Shown here: positions 47,630 to 56,895 of the stretch, piece after piece
Position numbering within the stretch: the first letter of the stretch is position 1
Layout: each line of letters starts with the position of its first letter
NCBI GenBank assembly: GCA_902619105.1
Contig: CACNCV010000003.1
Span: 180,311-244,310, forward strand
From: an uncultured Pelagibacteraceae bacterium
Lineage (GTDB): Bacteria; Pseudomonadota; Alphaproteobacteria; Pelagibacterales; AG-422-B15
Direction of reading: 5' to 3'
DNA: 64,000 nucleotides
Position numbers and translations under genes: made by a program
Notes under the pieces: generated by a model
Databases searched by the model: none
Told to the model about the DNA's origin: nothing
What the model saw: only the letters and a program-made list of their open reading frames with translations

Positions 47630-48768
47630 AGGGCATCATATATTGTTTCAACTAATTTAAGTGCTCTTTGATCACCGAGCATGGATCCAGTTAATAAATT
47701 CATTGTGTATGCGCAGCTAATTCCATTTTCAGGATCCCCAAATGCCATAGAACCGCCCCATCCAGTATGACCAAATGCTTTACTGCTTTTACCAAATAAT
47801 TTTCCACCACCGACACTATAACCTGCATGTGACCACTGCATAGGTGACTTCATTACATGATCGTCTCCACTTACAGCAACTGTAGTAAGAGTTTCAAAGG
47901 TATTTGATGAAATAAATTTATTTGATAAATGCGATAAGAAAAAATCATAAATTTTTGCAAGTGATCCTGAATTAGAGTGACAGTTCATAGCTGGAATTTC
48001 CGCAAGTCGCCATTCAGCTGTATTTGCTGTTTTTGTTCTGTTTGCAGGATTAAGAAACGCAGTAATTAGATACTCATCTACATTTGTCGGATCACTGAAA
48101 GCTTTCCTTAGGCTTTCAGAACTAATTAGTTCAGCAATATTGTCATGATATGCTGAAGGTGTACCTATAAAACATTTGGTTTCAAGAGGACTATTCAGTA
48201 ACTCCTCCAAGTTCTTACCGACTGATTTATTGGTCACTCGTTTAATTAATTCACCAACTAAAAAACCGATCGTTTTTGGATGATAACATATTTTTTCATC
48301 AGCTTTATGATATGGTTCTTGATTTGCCAACAGATCAACTACATAGTCCCATTTGTAAAAATCGGTTTCATCTATAGGCTGTCTCCATCCATACATCCCT
48401 GCTTGATGGGAGAGTAATGTTTTTACTTTTATACTTTCTTTTCCGCCGTTCGCAAATTCAGGCCAGTAATCAGCAACATTTTTCTCTAAATCTAGTTTGT
48501 TTTCATCAATCAATTTAGCAACAATCATCGCAACGATACCCTTACTGGTTGAGTGGATATTTACTATTGTATTTTGGTCCCACTTGTTTTTTTTATCACG
48601 ATCCCGATAGCCGCCATAAAGGTTCACCAAAACTTCTCCATTTTGATAAACGGCAAATGATGCACCCACCTCCTCATCATTTTCTAAGTTTTTCTTGAAT
48701 AATTCGTAAGTGTTTTCGAACTTTTTATTAAACTCACCCAATTCTGTTATCTCATTTTCTGTAGTCAT
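47626..48768 (-). CDS. Serine hydrolase of the class C beta-lactamase / family VIII esterase fold
   Basis: SxxK motif HSTSKG near the N-terminus, no signal peptide. 380 aa. Confidence 0.8.
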   Translation of the reverse strand: MTTENEITELGEFNKKFENTYELFKKNLENDEEVGASFAVYQNGEVLVNLYGGYRDRDKKNKWDQNTIVNIHSTSKGIVAMIVAKLIDENKLDLEKNVADYWPEFANGGKESIKVKTLLSHQAGMYGWRQPIDETDFYKWDYVVDLLANQEPYHKADEKICYHPKTIGFLVGELIKRVTNKSVGKNLEELLNSPLETKCFIGTPSAYHDNIAELISSESLRKAFSDPTNVDEYLITAFLNPANRTKTANTAEWRLAEIPAMNCHSNSGSLAKIYDFFLSHLSNKFISSNTFETLTTVAVSGDDHVMKSPMQWSHAGYSVGGGKLFGKSSKAFGHTGWGGSMAFGDPENGISCAYTMNLLTGSMLGDQRALKLVETIYDAL

Positions 48769-48814
48769 TTATAGTGTCATAAGGCTTTTATTTATATATT
48801 CTGCAGTAGATTAT

Positions 48815-49723
48815 ATGACAGAGCAGAATAACAAAACATATTTAATAGGTTTTATACTGGCACTATCTGCTGGTTTGATATGGAGTTTTGGAGCTCCTAC
48901 CGTTAGGTACATGGTAGATGCTCAGGTCTATCAATGGCACTACCTTTTTTATAGAGGTATAGTTGTAGCAACAATTTTGTTGATATATTTGATTTATAAC
49001 GAAGGAATTTCTTTCTATCATAATTTTAATAGAGTTGGATCATCTGGCTTATTGGGTGGTATTGGTCTTGCTGCAGCTTTTATATTTTTTATTTTTGGAA
49101 TGACTTATACCTCTGCGGCTACCACATTATTTATGATTGGCACACAACCATTATTTGCAGGGCTCTTTGCATATATTTTTCTAAAAGAAAAAATTGGCAT
49201 CACAACTGCGATAGCATGTTTTGTATCTTTGTTTGGAATCTTTCTCATGGCTTATAATGACTGGTACGCAGGAACCTTTTTAGGTTGGGTATTTGGTTTA
49301 TTCTGTTCTATTGGATTTGCAATATTTGCAACAACGCTCAGATGGCAACCAGACACACCTAAATTTACAACAATCATTATTGCTGGTATTACCTGCTCAC
49401 TTTTTTCAATGATTATGATTGTTTTATTTACTGATAGTTACTCAATGCCGTTACAAAATATTTTATTAAGTATGCTACATGGAACTTTAGTTGGGATTGG
49501 ACTTATACTTTTAAGTTTAGGTGCGCGCTATCTGCCTGCAGCAGAATTTATGTTACTTTCTTTAACAGAAGTTGTGGGAGGAGTAATTTGGTGTTGGATA
49601 CCTTTATTTGGAGTAAACGAAGTTCCCTCAAACATAACTTTAATGGGCGGCTTGGTAATTATTATTGCTATAAGTTTTTATGCTTTTGGTTCTACAAAAA
49701 AAACTACACCTCCAACACTATAG
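48815..49723 (+). CDS. DMT superfamily (EamA-type) transporter
   Basis: Start moved to ATG at 48815 (MTEQNNKTYLIGF). The listed start at 48710 would overlap the divergent hydrolase gene. 10 TM helices. Confidence 0.75.
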   Translation: MTEQNNKTYLIGFILALSAGLIWSFGAPTVRYMVDAQVYQWHYLFYRGIVVATILLIYLIYNEGISFYHNFNRVGSSGLLGGIGLAAAFIFFIFGMTYTSAATTLFMIGTQPLFAGLFAYIFLKEKIGITTAIACFVSLFGIFLMAYNDWYAGTFLGWVFGLFCSIGFAIFATTLRWQPDTPKFTTIIIAGITCSLFSMIMIVLFTDSYSMPLQNILLSMLHGTLVGIGLILLSLGARYLPAAEFMLLSLTEVVGGVIWCWIPLFGVNEVPSNITLMGGLVIIIAISFYAFGSTKKTTPPTL

Positions 49724-49729
49724 AAACGT

Positions 49730-50893
49730 ATGAGTGATATTGATAATGTTAATTGGAATTATCCTACCCCAATATGGTTTGGTTTAGGCCGTTCCCTAGA
49801 GATTCAAAATGCCTTAGAAGCTCAAGGTATGCAAAATCCTTTAGTTGTAACCGATCCAGAATTTACCTCTAATAAAAACTTTATAAAAATTATTGAATTA
49901 TTGAAAAATAATAAAATCAAATATTCAATTTTTTCAAATATCAAAGGAAATCCAACAGGTAAGAACGTAATGGATGGGGTTGAACACTTTTTGTCTAATA
50001 ATAACGATGGTGTAATAGCGATCGGCGGAGGCAGTTCTCTTGATGCTGGTAAAGCAATTGCATTCATGACAAAACAAAAAGAAAATCTGTGGTTTTTCGA
50101 AGATATTGGGGATAATTGGACAAGGGCAATTACAGATCAACTTCCAAAAGTAATTGCGATACCAACTACGGCTGGGACTGGTTCTGAAACAGGCCGCGCA
50201 TCACTTATTTTGGACGAAAGTGATAAAACAAAAAAAATAATATTTCATCCCTCGTTCTTACCAGACCTTGTAATACTTGATCCAAATTTAACTTTATCTC
50301 TTCCACCTCATCTCACAGCCGCAACAGGTATGGATGCTTTAGCTCATTGTTTAGAGGCATACTGTGCTAGAGGTTTTCATCCTATGGCGGATGGTATTGC
50401 ACTAGAAGGGATAAAGAACGTGAGGGATAGTCTTCTAAGTGCTTATAAAAATCCTGATGATATCTTTGCAAGATCGAAAATGTTAGTAACATCATCAATG
50501 GGATCGACTGCATTTCAAAAAGGACTAGGAGCAATACATTCTCTTTCACATCCTATAAATGCAGTTAATGATATTCATCATGGTCTCTCGAATGCAATAT
50601 TTATGCCATATGTACTTAAATTTAATGAACCGATTATAAGTCAGAGGATACAACTTTTAACAAAATACTTAGAATTAGAAAATTCAACATTTGACGGATT
50701 TCTGTCGTGGATATTGAGGCTAAGAGATGAACTCGCTATTCCTCATACTCTAAAGGAGCTTAATCAAGAATTTGATTTTGAGCTACTTAGTGAAATGGCA
50801 TTGAAAGATCCATCCACTGGACCAAACCCACGCGATATAAGTCTTGATGAAATGAAGCAACTTTACATTAACTCATATGAGGGTATTCTATAA
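49730..50893 (+). CDS. Iron-containing (group III) alcohol dehydrogenase
   Basis: GGGSSLDAGKA, PTTAGTGSE and metal-site His motifs (HxxxH: HSLSHPI). Confidence 0.9.
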   Translation: MSDIDNVNWNYPTPIWFGLGRSLEIQNALEAQGMQNPLVVTDPEFTSNKNFIKIIELLKNNKIKYSIFSNIKGNPTGKNVMDGVEHFLSNNNDGVIAIGGGSSLDAGKAIAFMTKQKENLWFFEDIGDNWTRAITDQLPKVIAIPTTAGTGSETGRASLILDESDKTKKIIFHPSFLPDLVILDPNLTLSLPPHLTAATGMDALAHCLEAYCARGFHPMADGIALEGIKNVRDSLLSAYKNPDDIFARSKMLVTSSMGSTAFQKGLGAIHSLSHPINAVNDIHHGLSNAIFMPYVLKFNEPIISQRIQLLTKYLELENSTFDGFLSWILRLRDELAIPHTLKELNQEFDFELLSEMALKDPSTGPNPRDISLDEMKQLYINSYEGIL

Positions 50894-50895
50894 GT

Positions 50896-51636
50896 ATGAT
50901 CAAAACAGAAAAACTAGTTTATGGATCTGCAAATTCTAGTGTGCAATTTGAAGGTTCAATAAGTTATGAAGATAGTTTTGATACACCAAGACCAGGAGTT
51001 CTCGTATGTCATGCTTATGGAGGCCATTCTGATTTTGATATTAAGAAATCAGAACAACTTGCTGAGCTTGGGTACTTTGCATTTGCTATGGATTTATATG
51101 GACATGGAAGAAGAGGTTCAAATCCCCAAGAGTCAATGGAGTTGATGAATGAATTTAATTCTGACCGAGTATTGCTTCAACAAAGAATGATCCATGCTTT
51201 TGAAACCCTCAAGAATTTTGATAAAGTTGATGAAAACAAAACCGGAGCAATTGGATTTTGTTTTGGAGGAAAATGTGCACTTGATTTGGCTAGGGCAGGC
51301 GAAGATGTTAAAGGTGTTGTTAGTTTTCATGGGTTATATGACGCACCAACGGCAAGTTCAGGAAAGCAATTAAAAGGAACAATAAAAATTGACTCATCGA
51401 TTTTAATTCTACATGGATATGATGATCCAATGGCCACTCCACAAAATATGATTGATTTAGCTGATGAATTAAATTCAAAAAAAGCAAATTGGCAAATTCA
51501 TGCTTACGGCAATGTTGGTCATGCTTTTACAAATCCTGAAGCTAATGATCGAAACTCAGGATTATTCTATGATGCGCATGCCGATCAGCATTCATGGCGA
51601 GAGATGTCTAATTTTTTTGAAAAAATTTTTTCTTAA
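50896..51636 (+). CDS. Dienelactone hydrolase family protein
   Basis: Alpha/beta hydrolase with nucleophile elbow GFCFGG and HGYDDP / GHAF motifs. Confidence 0.85.
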   Translation: MIKTEKLVYGSANSSVQFEGSISYEDSFDTPRPGVLVCHAYGGHSDFDIKKSEQLAELGYFAFAMDLYGHGRRGSNPQESMELMNEFNSDRVLLQQRMIHAFETLKNFDKVDENKTGAIGFCFGGKCALDLARAGEDVKGVVSFHGLYDAPTASSGKQLKGTIKIDSSILILHGYDDPMATPQNMIDLADELNSKKANWQIHAYGNVGHAFTNPEANDRNSGLFYDAHADQHSWREMSNFFEKIFS

Positions 51637-51641
51637 AATTA

Positions 51642-51998
51642 TTATTCAGACTTCCAATTGATATTTTTCATTGAATTAAGATAATTCTTAAATTCTTTTA
51701 TCAATTCAGAGCTTGGTTTTACTGTTTTTCGTCTTTTATCGTTCTCTGTTTTCTCTAAATGTATGAAACCTCTGTCACAAGCCTCATTAATCATCATAGA
51801 TGACTTAGGCCGAGATGTATGGAAGAGTTTTGTCTTTAATTCTTCAACACATAGCTTTTCTTTATTTTGATGAGCTGACATTACAAGGAGCATCATATGA
51901 TAATGAGACGGTGTTTTTCTGAAAAAGTGCTTACTAGAGCGGTGTGAGGTTCCTATTTGTTCTTCCCAAAATCTGAGGAGTGAATTAGTTGCGCTCAT
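51642..51998 (-). CDS. Small winged-helix (MarR-like) putative transcriptional regulator
   Basis: 118 aa. Wing-like ENDKRRKTVKPSSEL after a putative recognition helix. Weak, by eye only. Confidence 0.4.
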   Translation of the reverse strand: MSATNSLLRFWEEQIGTSHRSSKHFFRKTPSHYHMMLLVMSAHQNKEKLCVEELKTKLFHTSRPKSSMMINEACDRGFIHLEKTENDKRRKTVKPSSELIKEFKNYLNSMKNINWKSE

Positions 51999-52071
51999 TG
52001 GAAAAATCTTACAGCAAAAAGATCAATCGTCTAATTAAATTTTCAAAAAAATTGATGGATTTCTTTTGTCC

Positions 52072-53139
52072 TTATTGAATATTCGTAATGGTGATATCCT
52101 CTGACTCTATCGGCAAGATTGCCATCGTACCATCATCCGCTAATGTCCAATTGTCTGGACGTACCTCATTAACACCTCTCACAAAAATTATTTTCGCAAT
52201 GAAATTTTGAGGAGCTGGTGTCAAATGATAGAATATTAGCTCCTTGACATTAGCTTCATTGGCAGCTTGGGCGGCCTCAATTGGAGAGGCATGATAATCC
52301 TGAATATCATAAAAGACAGTAGATAATAAGGGGTTTGTATCTTCTGAAATTTCTTCTAATCTTCCTATCATATTATGAGACAGAGCGTCATGAAACAGAA
52401 GGTCTGCATTTTTAGACTGTTCAACTAAGTTTTCACTGTAGTCGGTATCACCGCTTATTACTATTGACCTGCCCTTGTAATCAAAACGATAGCCTAGTGA
52501 AGGATCAACTGGAAAATGTTCAACTTCAAAAGCTGTTATTTTAAGTTTACCATCATCATAAATAACTGGATCATTTAAATTAATTATTGTTGTATCAAAA
52601 CCAGCAAAATCAGAAGGTGCTACTTCTTCTCCATGATGAAGAGTTCTCCACTCGGTATCTAGCTCATAAGCTTTTGTTATTCCCTCAGTAACGAGATTGG
52701 TACCCAATGGTCCATACACTGGTAGTTTTTTACCTCTATTTTGAGTTACCCATGAATAGAGGTGAAAGTCAGCTAAATCAGAAATATGATCTGAATGTAA
52801 GTGAGTTAATAAAACTGCATCTAAGTTACCAAGATTAATACTCCAATTTGTAAGGTTTTGCCTGCTACCATCCCCAGTATCAACCACAAACATATGATCG
52901 GGAGTTTTTATCATAATACAGGGCTCTGCCCTTCCTTTACCCGGTAAAGGCCCTCGTGATCCACAAACAAGACCAATAATATAATCACCATCAAAAGTTA
53001 CTAATTTATCCTGATTATTCCATTGTCTATTAAAATCAAAATCTATCAAAACATTTTGAACAGTAGTAGTTCTTATTCCAACAACTGCAATAATTAATAT
53101 TAAAATTGCAGCAATCAAAAAAAAATAAATTTTTTTCAT
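52072..53139 (-). CDS. Membrane-anchored/secreted metallo-beta-lactamase fold hydrolase
   Basis: N-terminal hydrophobic anchor. HLHSDH metal motif plus downstream GDTD and H residues. Confidence 0.8.
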   Translation of the reverse strand: MKKIYFFLIAAILILIIAVVGIRTTTVQNVLIDFDFNRQWNNQDKLVTFDGDYIIGLVCGSRGPLPGKGRAEPCIMIKTPDHMFVVDTGDGSRQNLTNWSINLGNLDAVLLTHLHSDHISDLADFHLYSWVTQNRGKKLPVYGPLGTNLVTEGITKAYELDTEWRTLHHGEEVAPSDFAGFDTTIINLNDPVIYDDGKLKITAFEVEHFPVDPSLGYRFDYKGRSIVISGDTDYSENLVEQSKNADLLFHDALSHNMIGRLEEISEDTNPLLSTVFYDIQDYHASPIEAAQAANEANVKELIFYHLTPAPQNFIAKIIFVRGVNEVRPDNWTLADDGTMAILPIESEDITITNIQ

Positions 53140-53141
53140 AT

Positions 53142-53519
53142 TTATTTACTAGACATTCTCTTCGATGTAACGAGCAACAAAATAATAAGTAATATTTCAA
53201 TTATAATAAATTGAGTTGCAAAGGTTGCATCATGTGCTAACCATGAGATCACTCTAAATAAAGCAGTAAAACCCAAAAGCATCGCTGGCGCGTAAAACCA
53301 AATATCTCTTAAGGTATAAACTGCAAGTATCATCATCACCCCAATACAAAAAAAATAGCTTCCTACATCACCAATAAGACTACTTCGACCTAATCCTTCA
53401 GGAATTTCTAATATACCAAAGTTAGCTCCAGCTTCGTAAGGAGAAATTACCCAGAGAAGGCCAAGTATAATAAATATGACTCCGTTAATAGTATTCAAAA
53501 CAACTAACAATCTATTCAT
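53142..53519 (-). CDS. Small 4-TM membrane protein, function unknown
   Basis: 125 aa, four hydrophobic segments, 2 nt upstream of the MBL gene. Confidence 0.5.
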   Translation of the reverse strand: MNRLLVVLNTINGVIFIILGLLWVISPYEAGANFGILEIPEGLGRSSLIGDVGSYFFCIGVMMILAVYTLRDIWFYAPAMLLGFTALFRVISWLAHDATFATQFIIIEILLIILLLVTSKRMSSK

Positions 53520-53609
53520 AATCTTTCCCCTTTAATGTTATTAAATAATGTTTATTCATATTATAATCAAGAATAAGATGAACAATGTAAAAATACATAT
53601 TCTAATTAG

Positions 53610-54083
53610 ATGAAATTTATAAGTCCTTTACCCACCGAAGCCAACAACAATTACCAAGGTTTAAAGCCTGCACTTTGGTTTTTTTATTTATATCTCCTCT
53701 TAGTAGCTTTCAGGTCGTTTACACATATGTTTGCTCAAGATGCGGGCCTAAATTCAATAGCCTCAATTATAATTTTTCCAGAAGTTAATAATTTAAATCC
53801 TAATAGTGTAATTTATTTTATAGGCTCCTTATGGGGCAGTTCGCAGATCGTTGTATTATTTATATCAATTATATTTCTAATAAAATACAAAAGCCTTTTG
53901 TCATTAGCCTGGTTAGTTTTTGTACTCGATAATATATTAAGAATAATAACTATGACGATGCACAGCTTAGACCAAAATTATCTCAATTCAACTGCTCCAG
54001 GAGGTTTAGTTGGGACAAGCGTCATGTTATTTGTTACACTTTTTATGTTTTTTATCTCGATCATTGAAAGGAAACAGAAATGA
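53610..54083 (+). CDS. Hypothetical membrane protein
   Basis: 157 aa, about 4 hydrophobic segments. Overlaps the next gene by 4 nt, which supports translation. Confidence 0.45.
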   Translation: MKFISPLPTEANNNYQGLKPALWFFYLYLLLVAFRSFTHMFAQDAGLNSIASIIIFPEVNNLNPNSVIYFIGSLWGSSQIVVLFISIIFLIKYKSLLSLAWLVFVLDNILRIITMTMHSLDQNYLNSTAPGGLVGTSVMLFVTLFMFFISIIERKQK

Positions 54084-54502
54084 AAGTAGAAAATCGTGTT
54101 TTTCCAAACAGAGAACAAATGAAGGGTTTTTTTGAGAATACCGATGATAATGAGCCAATATACATGCTCAATCTACTGAAATTTAAAGAGAAAGCAGAAT
54201 ATAGAGATGGGAGAGAAACCAACTTGACTGGAAGAGAGGCTTACACAATTTATGCTGAGTTTATGGATAAACATCTAAAGGAAATTGGAGGAGAATTAGT
54301 TTTGCATACAGATGTAAAACGTTTAGCGGTAGGTAAAGTTGAGGAGTTATGGGACGTAGTTGCTATTGCAAAATGGCCTTCAAGAAAAATAATGGGCGAA
54401 AATATGATGCCCAATGACCCAGAATATCTTGAAGCTTATCAGCATCGTGAAGCAGGATTAGCAGGCCAATTAAACATTGAAACAAAAGTCATTAATGATT
54501 GA
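54080..54502 (+). CDS. DUF1330 domain protein (dimeric alpha/beta barrel-like)
   Basis: 140 aa. [16 protein letters not shown] motif resembles DUF1330. Confidence 0.6.
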   Translation: MKVENRVFPNREQMKGFFENTDDNEPIYMLNLLKFKEKAEYRDGRETNLTGREAYTIYAEFMDKHLKEIGGELVLHTDVKRLAVGKVEELWDVVAIAKWPSRKIMGENMMPNDPEYLEAYQHREAGLAGQLNIETKVIND

Positions 54503-55181
54503 ATTATATACTTCACCTACACCAAATGGGTATAAGATTTCTGTAGCTCTTGAGGAGCTTGCAATACCATACAATGTTCATGTTGTGAATTTACAAGCCG
54601 GTGATCAAAAGAAGCCAGAATTTTTAGCAATGAATCCAAACGGACGTATCCCTGTAATAGTTGATACTGAAAATGATAACCTTTCAATCATGGAAAGTGG
54701 TGCGCAACTAATTTATTTAGCTGAGAAAGCAGGCAAACTATTGCCTACAGAGTCAATTGCTCGTTCAAAAGTCATTCAGTGGTTAATGTTTCAGATGGGA
54801 GGGATTGGTCCGATGATGGGGCAGGCCAATGTTTTCTTTCGTTATTGGCCAGGAGAAAAAATACAACCAGCAATTGATCGCTATCAAAACGAAGGAAGAC
54901 GCTTGTTTGAAGTTATGGAGACACGTTTAAAAGATAATGAGTATCTCGCTGATGATTTTAGTATAGCTGATATTGCAAATTGGTGTTGGGTAAGAACATA
55001 TAAATGGTCAGGTGTGAATATCGACGGTCTTGAAGGTGTAAAAAGATGGATGCAGATGATGGAAGATAGACCGGCCTGCAAAAAAGGTGTTGCAGTACCA
55101 ATTGATATTATGGAGTTGATGAGAAATATGAAACAGTCAAAAGATCTAACTGATACCGGTTCAAGAATAATTCAGAAGTAG
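54495..55181 (+). CDS. Glutathione S-transferase, Nu class (YfcG/YghU-like)
   Basis: ATG at 54495 ([22 protein letters not shown]). [11 protein letters not shown] and [12 protein letters not shown] glutathione-site motifs. Confidence 0.85.
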   Translation: MIELYTSPTPNGYKISVALEELAIPYNVHVVNLQAGDQKKPEFLAMNPNGRIPVIVDTENDNLSIMESGAQLIYLAEKAGKLLPTESIARSKVIQWLMFQMGGIGPMMGQANVFFRYWPGEKIQPAIDRYQNEGRRLFEVMETRLKDNEYLADDFSIADIANWCWVRTYKWSGVNIDGLEGVKRWMQMMEDRPACKKGVAVPIDIMELMRNMKQSKDLTDTGSRIIQK

Positions 55182-55191
55182 GAGAATAAAA

Positions 55192-56235
55192 ATGAGTTTA
55201 CCAAATCCATTAGTTGTTCTTGGTGGCGTCGGCTCACCCTATACACGTAAGATGCTTTCATATCTTAGGTATAAACGTATTCCTCATAAAATGATTTGGG
55301 GAGACCCTTCAAAATATCTTGATCAAGAGGGTATTGAAAAGCCCAAGCCTGGATTACTACCAACATTCGTCCTGCCTGATGAAGATGGAAATTTAAAAGC
55401 TGTAACAGATTCGACTCCGTTAATAAGAAGAATTGATGAAGAGGTTAGTGAGCGGAGTACTATTCCATCTGATCCTGCACTTGCGTTTATAAATTATTTA
55501 ATCGAAGATTTTGCTGATGAGTGGGGAACTAAATACATGTTTCATTATAGATGGCATGATCAAAAAGATGCTGAAAATGCAGGAACAATTTTACCTCTTC
55601 AAACTGTAGGAATGATGCCAAATGAAATGTTAGATAATTTAAAAGGGATGATCAGCAAAAGGCAGATAGAAAGATTATGGGTGGTAGGTTCAAACAATGA
55701 TACAGCTCCTATCATAGATGCAAGTTTCAGACGTTTATTGGGTATACTTGAGAAACATTTCACATCAACACCTTATTTGATAAGCAATAGACCCTCATCA
55801 AGCGATTTTGCAATTTATGGTCAACTGTCTCAACTTGTAAACTTTGATCCCACGCCAAGAGAAATTTGTCATGAAGTATCTCTTAGGACAGTCGCATGGG
55901 TTGGTTTAATTGAAGATCAATCTGGTATTGAGGTAGATGATGAACAATGGGGATCAATTGATACTTTGCCGTCAACGGTAAAGGAATTACTTGCAGAAAT
56001 CGGTAAGGGTTATGCGCCTGCGCAGCTAGCAAACGCTAAAGCATTAGAAAATGGCGATAAAGAATGGCAAGCAGAGATTGATGGATGTCTTTGGAAACAA
56101 AAATCATTTCCTTACCAGGCAAAGTGTTTAAAGTGGCTTAACGAAGAATATAAAATGCTTGAAGATAATGATCAGAAAAAAGTAAATGATCTTCTTGAAG
56201 ACACTGGATGTGAAAGGTTAATATTTGAGACATGA
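55192..56235 (+). CDS. GST N-terminal (thioredoxin-like) domain protein, atypical 347-aa form
   Basis: GSPYTRK...IPH...LLPTFVLPD...VTDSTPLIRRI follows the GST N-domain pattern. Long divergent C-terminal helical region. Confidence 0.6.
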   Translation: MSLPNPLVVLGGVGSPYTRKMLSYLRYKRIPHKMIWGDPSKYLDQEGIEKPKPGLLPTFVLPDEDGNLKAVTDSTPLIRRIDEEVSERSTIPSDPALAFINYLIEDFADEWGTKYMFHYRWHDQKDAENAGTILPLQTVGMMPNEMLDNLKGMISKRQIERLWVVGSNNDTAPIIDASFRRLLGILEKHFTSTPYLISNRPSSSDFAIYGQLSQLVNFDPTPREICHEVSLRTVAWVGLIEDQSGIEVDDEQWGSIDTLPSTVKELLAEIGKGYAPAQLANAKALENGDKEWQAEIDGCLWKQKSFPYQAKCLKWLNEEYKMLEDNDQKKVNDLLEDTGCERLIFET

Positions 56236-56870
56236 AAGTAGATTTATATTTCTCCTTTAGAAGTCCATACTCTTATTTAATATTACCGCGTATCGTTTTG
56301 TTAAGAGATAAGTACGGTGTAGATATAAATTTTAAACAAGTCTACCCATTAGCAATAAGAGAGCCAGAATTCTTTAAAGGTAAGAACTTATTTACATATT
56401 TTCTTCTAAAACGATTTGATTATTTTTTACAGGCAAAAAAACTCGGTATGGTATTTAAAAAACCAAATCCAGATCCAATAAAACAAAATATGCTAACCGG
56501 TAAAATTTCTGATGACCAGCCACGTATATTTAAGTTATGTCATTACTGCCAGGCAATAGAAAAAGATAGACAACTTGATTTTGCCGTTGAAGTTTCAAGC
56601 AAAATTTGGAGTGGTATGAAAAATTGGAATTCTGACGACTCAATTTCTGAGTCATCATCAAAATTAGGCTTAAATCATAATAATATTGAAAAAAAACGAA
56701 CAGAAGCTGAGCAAAGCTTGATTGGTGAAATAAAACTAAACCAAAAGGAACAGTTAGAAGCAGGTCATCATGGAGTTCCATTAACAGTCTATAAAGACAA
56801 GTTTTACTTTGGGCAAGACCGATTTAATGATCTTTTAAGAGCATTAAAAAAAGATGGACTTGAATTATAG
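56232..56870 (+). CDS. 2-hydroxychromene-2-carboxylate isomerase / kappa-GST (DsbA-like) family protein
   Basis: VDLYFSFRSPYSYL N-terminus and C-terminal GVPLTVY...FGQDR are typical. No CxxC. Confidence 0.75.
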   Translation: MKVDLYFSFRSPYSYLILPRIVLLRDKYGVDINFKQVYPLAIREPEFFKGKNLFTYFLLKRFDYFLQAKKLGMVFKKPNPDPIKQNMLTGKISDDQPRIFKLCHYCQAIEKDRQLDFAVEVSSKIWSGMKNWNSDDSISESSSKLGLNHNNIEKKRTEAEQSLIGEIKLNQKEQLEAGHHGVPLTVYKDKFYFGQDRFNDLLRALKKDGLEL

Positions 56871-56895
56871 TATATTTAACGAATTGTCTTAACTT

